64,000 nucleotides of DNA from an uncultured Clostridia bacterium. Its GTDB lineage: Bacteria > Bacillota > Clostridia > Oscillospirales > Ruminococcaceae. The stretch is from positions 4,964 through 68,963 of the forward strand of contig CANQKY010000001.1 in NCBI GenBank assembly GCA_947624575.1, in the 5' to 3' direction. The notes under the pieces are model-generated. The model searched no databases. It had not been told where the DNA came from and was given only the letters and a program-made list of their open reading frames with translations. The translations under genes were made by a program, and so were the position numbers. This document shows, piece after piece, positions 55,809 through 63,387 of this stretch. Numbering within the stretch: the stretch's first letter is position 1; each line of letters begins with the position of its first letter.

Positions 55809-57473
55809 ATGCCGGAAGATCCCACAATCGCAAAGTGGCTGTCTGATTTCTGTCTGTGGGATTCGGAAAACAAGGAGGAGATCCGTCTGAATGATATCCA
55901 GAAGCATGACATGAACCTTATGCTTCAAAAACGGTATGGATTGCTCCAGTGGGAACAAGGCAGTGGAAAAACGCTTGCCGGAATCGCTGCGGGAAAATAC
56001 CGTATGGAACAGGGAAACATTCACCATACATGGGTAGTGTCAACCGCGATCTCCATTCGGAACAACTGGGATGTCGTCCTGAAAAACTATGGATTATCCT
56101 ATGTCTTTGTGGAACGGCTAAAGGATCTCTTGAAGATCAAACGCGGCGATTTTGTTCTGATTACCCTCAATGCGCTGTCCAAGTATCGAAAGCAAGTCAA
56201 ACGGTGGATTCGGATGCACAATCAGAAGATACAACTGGTGTTTGACGAAAGCGACGAGATGACCAATCCGGGCAGCGTTCGTGCAAAGGCAGTTCTGGAC
56301 TGCTTTCGGAAATGCAGAGCAAAACTGCTGACGACCGGAACCAGCACACGAAACAACATATCGGAGTTTGCACCGCAGCTCGAACTGTTATATAACAATT
56401 CGGTCAATATGCTGTCCTGGTGTTCTACGATCTATCACTATGAGCGAGGTGAAGACGATTTAAGTCCAAAAAGTAATCCGTACTATGGAGAGCCGATCCC
56501 CGCATACAAGAAAGGGTACTCCTTGTTTACCGCATCGCACTTGCCGGAAAAGATCACGGTATTTGGCGTCGGACAGCGAACACAGGATATTTACAATGCG
56601 GAAGTGCTGGATGAAATCCTTGGAAAGACGGTTATCACCCGTACTTTTGAGGAAATTGTCGGCAAGGATATTCGCCGCATTCACCAAGTACCGGTGTCGT
56701 TTTCCCTCCCCGAACGGGAGGTGTATCAGATGGCAATGGAAGAGTTTTACAAGATGCGGGACAACTACTTTTCCTCGTCCGGTAATGCACGGAAGGATGC
56801 TATGATGAAACTGATGCAGCAGATCACGCTTCTGCTTCGAATCAGCGCCGCTCCCGATACTGTAAATGAATACGCCGGCGATACACCGGTCAAAATCCGC
56901 AAGATTGTGGATATGATCGGATCGTTCTCGGATGAAATCGTTGTAGTAGGCGTGCGGCATAAGGTGGTTCTGGCATCTTTTCAGAAAGCCATAGAAGAAG
57001 CTTATCCTGATCGCAAGATTTTTGCCGTGACCGGTTCTTCTTATACCTTTGCACAGCGCAGAGCCCTGCAGCAGACGCTCAAAGAAAGTGGGAACGGCAT
57101 TCTTCTCTGCACCCAGCAGAGCCTGCCTTCAAGCGTCAACTTTGAGTTTGTCAACAAGGTTATCATTCCGGAGCTGCATTATAATAACGCCAAAATGAGT
57201 CAGTTCTATATGCGGTTCATTCGGTATACCTCAACCGCGTGGAAGGATATTTACTTTGTCACCTACGGCGGCAGTATCGAATCGAATTTGATGCAGATGG
57301 TACTGGCAAAGGAAAAAATCAACCTGTTCATGAAAGGGCAGGCTGCCGATCTCAATGAAATCTATGACCGATTTGGAGTGGATTACGATCTTCTCTCTAT
57401 GCTTATGTACCGTGAGCAGGATGAGAAGGGACATTTTCATATCCGTTGGGGTCAACAGAAAATCGCATCATGA
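55809..57473 (+). CDS. SNF2/DEAD-like helicase
   Basis: Motif I WEQGSGKTLAG, motif II VFDESDE, and a C-terminal helicase-like block GILLCTQQSLPSSVNFEF. Confidence 0.7.
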   Translation: MPEDPTIAKWLSDFCLWDSENKEEIRLNDIQKHDMNLMLQKRYGLLQWEQGSGKTLAGIAAGKYRMEQGNIHHTWVVSTAISIRNNWDVVLKNYGLSYVFVERLKDLLKIKRGDFVLITLNALSKYRKQVKRWIRMHNQKIQLVFDESDEMTNPGSVRAKAVLDCFRKCRAKLLTTGTSTRNNISEFAPQLELLYNNSVNMLSWCSTIYHYERGEDDLSPKSNPYYGEPIPAYKKGYSLFTASHLPEKITVFGVGQRTQDIYNAEVLDEILGKTVITRTFEEIVGKDIRRIHQVPVSFSLPEREVYQMAMEEFYKMRDNYFSSSGNARKDAMMKLMQQITLLLRISAAPDTVNEYAGDTPVKIRKIVDMIGSFSDEIVVVGVRHKVVLASFQKAIEEAYPDRKIFAVTGSSYTFAQRRALQQTLKESGNGILLCTQQSLPSSVNFEFVNKVIIPELHYNNAKMSQFYMRFIRYTSTAWKDIYFVTYGGSIESNLMQMVLAKEKINLFMKGQAADLNEIYDRFGVDYDLLSMLMYREQDEKGHFHIRWGQQKIAS

Positions 57474-57488
57474 AATGGAGGAAATTCT

Positions 57489-58115
57489 ATGTCAAAAGAG
57501 AAATATCAATATGATTGTTTGGACTGTGACTATCATGATCCTGATGTCGGCTGTGTCATGCCAAGCACTGATCGACCGTATGCCTGCCCGCAAGGGCAGA
57601 AAAGTATTCTGTCAGAGTTGAAAACCGAGTGTTTCTTTCAGGAAGTATTGGACGATCTCGATGCAAAAACCGGTTACCCGAAGAGAAAAATCGGCCATAT
57701 GCGAGCTGATTATGACGGGTTTCGCTGGTGGAATAAGCCGTTCCCGTGCAACAATGACATTTGTACAGCAGAAATGGCGCATGAAATTGACCGTGTGTAT
57801 GCGCGGTTAATCTCGGACGATGCTTTTTATAACTTGGCTGCAATGAAGAAGTTTTGTAATGCACATTCGGGTGCTGCCAATCGAAGTAACTGTCGGGACG
57901 AATACAGTTTTTACTTTGAGGGTGAGCATTGTTTGTTCTGGGTCCGGTGTATTACTCGTTCCAAAGATTATAACCTGTATCTGCATGCGTTTACAAAGGA
58001 GATGAAAGGAGAAGCTATCGTTGGAGAGAAAGCCGGCAGCAAACCCACAAAGGCGCAGCAACTGGGGATCAACACTCTGACGAAAGAAGAATTTGAGAAC
58101 ATGCTGGTCGAATAA
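57489..58115 (+). CDS. Hypothetical Cys-rich protein with LigA-BRCT-like C-terminal tail
   Basis: The last ~31 aa, VGEKAGSKPTKAQQLGINTLTKEEFENMLVE, resemble the extreme C-terminus of NAD-dependent DNA ligase ([29 protein letters not shown] in E. coli LigA, from memory). Confidence 0.45.
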   Translation: MSKEKYQYDCLDCDYHDPDVGCVMPSTDRPYACPQGQKSILSELKTECFFQEVLDDLDAKTGYPKRKIGHMRADYDGFRWWNKPFPCNNDICTAEMAHEIDRVYARLISDDAFYNLAAMKKFCNAHSGAANRSNCRDEYSFYFEGEHCLFWVRCITRSKDYNLYLHAFTKEMKGEAIVGEKAGSKPTKAQQLGINTLTKEEFENMLVE

Positions 58116-58130
58116 CGACAGCACAACAGT

Positions 58131-58154
58131 GGCGGAGCAGAAACCTGCTCCGCC
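58131..58154 (+). terminator. Intrinsic terminator
   Basis: GGCGGAGCAG-AAAC-CTGCTCCGCC followed by TATTTTA. Confidence 0.6.
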
Positions 58155-58175
58155 TATTTTATCTGGAGGTCTATT

Positions 58176-58646
58176 ATGAGACGAAAAAAGATTGGCATAA
58201 AAAACTTTCAAGGCAGTGTGGACATCACGGATCCCTGCTATAGCAGAGATGTATGGTGCCGGATGAATGATGTGAAGATCAAGGAGGGCGACTATACCTG
58301 CATGGTATGGTATCACACCGACAAGGGCGAGCTTGACGGAAAGCCTTACTCCTACAAAATGGTCGGCATCATCGGCATATACCTTGACGGAATTATTCCA
58401 CCGCAGAAAGGCATGAAGGGAATCGGCAGTATTGGTGTGGACGCTGGTCTGGCCGGATTCTTTCATAACAAACCGGATTACAGTGACGAAGCGTGGAGTA
58501 AGTTCTGCAACAGAATCAGTCATGGCGATGCGTGGCTCATCGAGGATGGCTTTTACAGCTCCTCCGGATATGGCGACGGATGCTATGGTGTGTATGCGCA
58601 GAAAACGGACGGTGAGATCACTGCACTTGAGATTCGATTTTTATAA
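58176..58646 (+). CDS. DUF4241-like protein
   Basis: VDAGLAGFF and SSSGYGDGCYGVY motifs recall DUF4241. Confidence 0.5.
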   Translation: MRRKKIGIKNFQGSVDITDPCYSRDVWCRMNDVKIKEGDYTCMVWYHTDKGELDGKPYSYKMVGIIGIYLDGIIPPQKGMKGIGSIGVDAGLAGFFHNKPDYSDEAWSKFCNRISHGDAWLIEDGFYSSSGYGDGCYGVYAQKTDGEITALEIRFL

Positions 58647-58664
58647 ACGGGAGGTACAGATTAT

Positions 58665-59081
58665 ATGAGCAGAATTGAAACGGAGATTTGGGAACCGGTT
58701 CCCGATAAGCCGGGTTATGTACAATATGTCGGGCAACGAAAAGTATCGGAGGTGTTTCGGGATTTGGAGAACTTCCTGCGGGAAGAAAACCTCTATCCGG
58801 ATGAATACTTTTTGCCGAGTCATGACTTTTGCCGTGAACCGGATCAAAAAATGCCGCGCATCAGAGATGTGATCTGCTATGCGCAATGGGGCGGCAGCGA
58901 AGGCGTTTACTTAGAGATTGAGCTTTTGGCAAAACACCCAATCGAAAACCAATATGTTCGCGTGAACTTTGCTTCCGGAAAAACACTAGGCGAATCCGGC
59001 GAGGATTTCGACCGAATGCAGTACATTGCCGGGCGGATTTATAAGGCGTTTACAAGTGGGGGAATTAAAAACATAGGATAA
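58665..59081 (+). CDS. Hypothetical protein
   Basis: 138-aa ORF with a GGGAGG RBS. It is the last GC-rich gene before a strong terminator. Confidence 0.4.
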   Translation: MSRIETEIWEPVPDKPGYVQYVGQRKVSEVFRDLENFLREENLYPDEYFLPSHDFCREPDQKMPRIRDVICYAQWGGSEGVYLEIELLAKHPIENQYVRVNFASGKTLGESGEDFDRMQYIAGRIYKAFTSGGIKNIG

Positions 59082-59107
59082 ATGATGGTTAAGGTTAACA
59101 CAATAAG

Positions 59108-59149
59108 AAACCGCAGCTGTATCGTTAAGATACGGCTGCGGTTTCTTTT
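59108..59149 (+). terminator. Strong intrinsic terminator at the right edge of the GC-rich block
   Basis: 16-bp stem AAACCGCAGCTGTATC-GTTAA-GATACGGCTGCGGTTT followed by CTTTT. Confidence 0.7.
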
Positions 59150-59172
59150 GTAAAGCGAAAACCACCAGCAAT

Positions 59173-59243
59173 GTGAAGTAGTAAGATAAAGGGGAGATTA
59201 CATGGTGGCTTTCCATCTGTCCCCCTTATCGTCACTACTTTAC
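59173..59243. repeat. Imperfect ~25-nt inverted repeat at the ICE-like block / AT-rich flank junction
   Basis: GTGAAGTAGTAAGATAAAGGGGAGA ... TGTCCCCCTTATCGTCACTACTTTAC. Confidence 0.7.
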
Positions 59244-59360
59244 TGTGAAATGAACAAGCAGGAAGTTTTAAATTGTCAAGATGGAGGAGTAGATATGAAG
59301 ACTTGCAAGAAGGCTAGAACTGATATTATCGGTATTTTTTAATGAATTCACCCGTTTTCT

Positions 59361-59603
59361 CTATTCGCTATGTAAATACATATTATTGCATTGAGCACAT
59401 ACGGGCATTAATTCTTCATCTACCAACATTCTAAAGCGATTATAAGTCGGTGAGTTCCAAGTGTCATAAATGCCTGCTGTGTGCAAATCGCTAATGGCAA
59501 GTTCTGAAAAGTGTTTGCATGTGTTAACAGTTCCATCCGGCATAACATCCATACGTAATGAAATGCTGTTGCAAGCCTTTTTGTTTCCTGTAAAAAGCCT
59601 AAT
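59361..59603 (-). pseudogene. 5'-truncated radical SAM/SPASM gene remnant (C-terminal ~80 codons only)
   Basis: The open frame encodes ...KKACNSISLRMDVMPDGTVNTCKHF...ELMPVCAQCNNMYLHSE. This is a SPASM-type pattern (C-x-...-DG-x-V-x-x-C, CxxC). An in-frame stop lies at 59604-59606, and no rSAM core is found upstream. Confidence 0.6.
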
Positions 59604-59827
59604 TTACACTTTTGAATATGAGGATATTGTCACTGAAAAGAGCACCTAGATAATGCAATTGAGGTAGATAGCATTTCAAAGGCGGTTTTAATGTGACGGG
59701 TAATGAGTAAGCCAAGATATACACCCTCCTTATTTATTGCCCTGTTTTAATTAAAGCTATGGTGCGAGAATAGCATATAGTCACATAATGCCTTTTATCC
59801 AAGAATACAATGTTTTTCCTCCTTTAA

Positions 59828-60874
59828 TTAGAAAGCATTATTCCAAAAATGACATCCTTCCGCAAGCCGCTCATACTTTATATTGAGTAGGTGCAGAGTT
59901 GTAATAATGCCATTTGGAGAAAGATCATAATGGGTCAAAACAAAGTCTGCAAGTTCGGCATTTTTTTCAGGAATATTGCAACATACATTTACACTCATTG
60001 GTTGGGACATTCCAATGGCATAGGCAATTTGGACTTCTGCCCAATTAATATTATGTGTTCTTACCAGATCACAAGCAATTTTTCTTGCCATATATGCACC
60101 ACTGCGATCAACTTTGGATGGATCTTTTCCACTGAATGCACCTCCACCAACGGGACAATAACCGCCATATTGGTCACAAACGATTTTCCGACCAGTTAAC
60201 CCACAATCTGCTTGGGGTCCGCCAATAGTCCATATGCCTGCAGGATTGATAATAATGTCTGTTGTAGTTGCATCAACACCGCATTGTGTCAAAATGTCTT
60301 TGACTTTAGCCTTAACTGTATCAAATGTAAATGACATCTTTTGACAGACACTCACAAGAACCTTTTTAATACTATGTGGAGAGGGATCTTCATCAAGGTT
60401 AACAGTCACCTGACACTTGGCATCTCCGTGAAATGGAGATTGGTTATTCGATACTATATCCAGTTCAATTGCCTTTATGATTCTATTTGCTAGATCAAAT
60501 CCATAAGGAAGCATACTTTTGGTTTCGGCACAGGCATATCCGTACATCATGCCTTGATCCCCAGCACCCATTTTATCTCCTGATTCAATACCTGCAGCAA
60601 TCTCTGCAGATTGCGTGTGTAGCTCAATATGGACGCGATCAATATCATAACCAAGTTTTTCTCCGACTGATTTTACAACTGATATGTAGTCCACCTTAGC
60701 ATTTGTGGTAATCTCTCCTGCAACGAAAACACTATTGCCCTTTACCATTGTCTCACAGGCAACTCTACTATTTTGGTCTTGCTCTAAGCAAGAATCAAGA
60801 ATAGCATCGCTGATCTGATCCGCATACTTGTCAGGATGATATTTACTTACCTGTTCAGTGCTAAATAATCTCAT
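59828..60874 (-). CDS. metK: S-adenosylmethionine synthetase paralog (short, divergent)
   Basis: LFSTEQVSKYHPDKYADQISDAILDSCLEQDQNSRVACETMVK parallels the MetK N-terminus (SEGHPDKIADQISDA...RVACET). GAGDQGMMYGYA and GGGAFSGKDPSKVDRSGAY motifs are present. It has 348 aa; my recollection is that bacterial MetK is usually nearer 380-400 aa. Confidence 0.8.
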   Translation of the reverse strand: MRLFSTEQVSKYHPDKYADQISDAILDSCLEQDQNSRVACETMVKGNSVFVAGEITTNAKVDYISVVKSVGEKLGYDIDRVHIELHTQSAEIAAGIESGDKMGAGDQGMMYGYACAETKSMLPYGFDLANRIIKAIELDIVSNNQSPFHGDAKCQVTVNLDEDPSPHSIKKVLVSVCQKMSFTFDTVKAKVKDILTQCGVDATTTDIIINPAGIWTIGGPQADCGLTGRKIVCDQYGGYCPVGGGAFSGKDPSKVDRSGAYMARKIACDLVRTHNINWAEVQIAYAIGMSQPMSVNVCCNIPEKNAELADFVLTHYDLSPNGIITTLHLLNIKYERLAEGCHFWNNAF

Positions 60875-61066
60875 TGATTTTTCCTCCCGATATTTATTAT
60901 TCTGTTTTTTGAAAGAACTGTATTGTTTATATACCCATGTCTACTATTATGGTTAACAAGGAGATTATATCTTCTTTTTCTACAAATATCAATTGTTTGT
61001 GCACAAGAGAAAACATTTTTTCTCTTGTGCCGTTTTATATAATCTATTCTTTAGAGAAAAATCAAA

Positions 61067-61102
61067 ATGCTCTCCGAAAAGCAGTTGCTTTTCGGAGAGC
61101 AT
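61067..61102 (-). terminator. 16-bp-stem terminator after the histidine kinase gene
   Basis: ATGCTCTCCGAAAAGC-AGTT-GCTTTTCGGAGAGCAT with T-rich sequence on both sides. Confidence 0.65.
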
Positions 61103-61109
61103 TTCCTTT

Positions 61110-62390
61110 TTATGGACAATTATAAATTACTTTGACAGTGAAAATATGATTGTCTTGATTCAGAATGAGCTGACCGCCGGTATGATTCACAATTTTTGCG
61201 ACCCTTTGCAGCCCAATCCCCTGGTGGTTCCCGGCTTTTGTGGTATACCGTTCGTCCGAAACGATTGCCGAGAAATTGAGCCGGTCATACGGATTTTCTA
61301 TCGACATAAAGTGCCGTGTAGTGCCATCCTTGCGCGACGCCGCTTCCAGCGTGATCCGAATCCACCGTTTTTCTTCCGAAAGCTCTGCGGCACATTCAAA
61401 AGCATTATCAATCAAATTGTCGAATACCTCAACCAACTGAAAATTTTGAAGCGGAAAGTCCGGCAATAATTTTGAGGCGTTCACGATAAGCTTTATATTC
61501 TGCCGTTTTGCTTGTGAAGACCTGCCATAGAGAAGTGCGCGAAAAACAGGATTATCCAAATACAGGAAAACGTCGTCCGCCTCTGCTTCTTGTGTCAGCT
61601 CATTACAATAGGCGTCCACTCTCTTGACGAGCTTTTTCGTATCGGGTTCTGTGTCAACCATATGCTGCAGAAAGCGAATGTGTTTATGAAAGTCATGAGA
61701 TCGCTGCCTTGCATCGTCCAAATACTCATTTAATGTGGAGATATATTTTTTGGTTTCGGTAAGTTGCTTGTTCTGCAGTCTTTGGCGCCATGCCAATAGA
61801 ATGAAAGCCAATAGTACGATATACAGGACCTGTACCAGCAGTAGGAACAGCATGTTCGTGGTATGAATGTTGTAATAGTTCACCATGAACAGCTGACATA
61901 TGATGATTTCCGGAAGAAACAGTGTGACGAGAAAAAGCCATACTGTTTTTTTGTTTTGCGCATATTTCGATGCCAGATGAAACTTTGCCGATATTGCGGT
62001 CAGCAGCAAAGCACAGAAAAGAACAGAAAGATTGACAACAAGATTTCCCCATTGCGTTTTCATCAGATTTGTTGGAAGCAGGCAGAGGAAAATCAGCTCT
62101 AAAAAGAGCAATGCCGCATAAGCAAATACGGTTTGAAGCAGATTGTCCTTTTGCTTTGTTTTATAACAGCCGATGAAAAAGCAGAGAAAAATCAAACAAA
62201 AGTTGACGGGCAAAATGGAAAACAAAATGGAATCGACAAATGTGACGGCAATCGCTGCGGTACACAATAAAAGATAAGTGACGACAACAGCACTTTTGCT
62301 GCAGCGCCGTTGTGCCAATACCATCCAAAAAAGAATAAGAGCCAGACTTTCAATACAACAGTTAGCATAATTAAACCAATCAAAAGTCAC
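61110..62390 (-). CDS. AgrC/ComD-like (HPK10-type) membrane sensor histidine kinase
   Basis: Six to seven N-terminal TM helices. H-box RSHDFHKHIRF, N-box FDNLIDNAFE, G-box GIGLQRVAKIV. Confidence 0.7.
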   Translation of the reverse strand: MTFDWFNYANCCIESLALILFWMVLAQRRCSKSAVVVTYLLLCTAAIAVTFVDSILFSILPVNFCLIFLCFFIGCYKTKQKDNLLQTVFAYAALLFLELIFLCLLPTNLMKTQWGNLVVNLSVLFCALLLTAISAKFHLASKYAQNKKTVWLFLVTLFLPEIIICQLFMVNYYNIHTTNMLFLLLVQVLYIVLLAFILLAWRQRLQNKQLTETKKYISTLNEYLDDARQRSHDFHKHIRFLQHMVDTEPDTKKLVKRVDAYCNELTQEAEADDVFLYLDNPVFRALLYGRSSQAKRQNIKLIVNASKLLPDFPLQNFQLVEVFDNLIDNAFECAAELSEEKRWIRITLEAASRKDGTTRHFMSIENPYDRLNFSAIVSDERYTTKAGNHQGIGLQRVAKIVNHTGGQLILNQDNHIFTVKVIYNCP

Positions 62391-62444
62391 TGAATGATTC
62401 TCCTCCTGTCATAAGATGAGCATAGGAACTGCCGCGGCTTTTTG

Positions 62445-63206
62445 TCATTCGGCTTTTTCCAGATATTCCGCTATGTTTTTTCGATACCGATAGGATAACG
62501 GCTTTGGTATCTGATCGTCAAACAGCCATACAACAGCAGTGGTGCCCTGCATCTGCACACTGCGAATTTGATCCACATTGATAATGATGGAACGATAAAT
62601 CTGCCTTAAAAAATCCAAATGCAGCTCTTGAATTTGCTTTAGGGCTTCTTGAAAAGAATAATTTCTGCGGCTGATGGCAAGCTCCTGCCCGTTGATATAT
62701 TGAATGACCAGCTGATGGCGGTCATACTGAATGAAACTGATCTCAACCGGATCGATTTCTGCCATTGCGTTGTAGGATACCGGCAGGCGCAGACTGGGGT
62801 ACTGATAATGCCGGGTCAGGTATTCCGGCCATTCCAAAGCGACCCCAATGTGCATAAACAGCTGCTCTTTCGTAAACGGCTTCGATAGAAAGGAAACATA
62901 CCGTAAGTTGGCAAGAAGACGGTGAGAATGATAGGTGTGCATACTGATAAAAATGATTGGCGTAAAGGTATATTTGGCATTTTTTCTAATTTGTGCGGCA
63001 AACTGAATGCCGGTAGAGCGGGTGCCGCTGATTTCAATATCCAATAGAAATAAATCATAATCGCTTTTTTGCAGCCGATTTTCTGCTTCCCGGATATTTT
63101 TGGCAAAATCGATGGAGGCGTGAAAATGTTCACATAACTCTGTGGTATATTGCCCCAGTTCATTTGGACAATCATCTAAGTATAAAATACGGGGATTCGC
63201 AATCAT
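62445..63206 (-). CDS. LytTR-family response regulator (AgrA-like)
   Basis: Receiver motifs YLDDCP, LFLLDIEI and FLSKPF, with a C-terminal LytTR-like domain. Start at ATG 63206 (AAGGAGAA RBS) rather than track start 63254. Confidence 0.75.
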   Translation of the reverse strand: MIANPRILYLDDCPNELGQYTTELCEHFHASIDFAKNIREAENRLQKSDYDLFLLDIEISGTRSTGIQFAAQIRKNAKYTFTPIIFISMHTYHSHRLLANLRYVSFLSKPFTKEQLFMHIGVALEWPEYLTRHYQYPSLRLPVSYNAMAEIDPVEISFIQYDRHQLVIQYINGQELAISRRNYSFQEALKQIQELHLDFLRQIYRSIIINVDQIRSVQMQGTTAVVWLFDDQIPKPLSYRYRKNIAEYLEKAE

Positions 63207-63288
63207 CGTAGGTTCTCCTTGATTTGTTACTATGTTTTCTTTAGAATAGAACATTTTACAATTTTCGTCAATAGCCTACTTTTTAAGG

Positions 63289-63324
63289 CATAAGTGAGAG
63301 GAGAATTCTCTCCTCTCACTTATG
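63289..63324. promoter_or_regulatory. 16-bp perfect inverted repeat in the divergent agrA-like/agrB intergenic region
   Basis: CATAAGTGAGAGGAGA-ATTC-TCTCCTCTCACTTATG, checked base by base. Confidence 0.6.
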
Positions 63325-63387
63325 TTCTCTTGTTTTTTGAATATACAAGAGATATAGTAACAGTAAGATAATGAAAAGGTTGATTGT

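Larger units (their letters stand above)
25750..59160 (+). mobile_element. ICE-like conjugative block (Gram-positive T4SS, adhesin, TA/Abi modules, leading-region-type genes); boundaries approximate
   Basis: Contiguous co-directional genes for VirB2/VirB6-like proteins, hydrolase, VirB4, coupling protein, surface adhesin, SSB, DUF932 and methylase/SNF2. Visibly GC-richer than both flanks. No integrase or relaxase recognised. Confidence 0.6.

Noticed and set aside
59295-59342. 15-aa ORF MKTCKKARTDIIGIF with a GGAGGAG RBS at the ICE/flank junction.
   Set aside because: Very short, with no recognisable AgrD or RiPP precursor features, and convergent with a pseudogene. Likely fortuitous.
60875-61066. 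Possible SAM riboswitch upstream of the MetK paralog.
   Set aside because: I could not find the conserved S-box/SAM-I core elements. Only a simple 13-bp hairpin is present (about 60999-61030).
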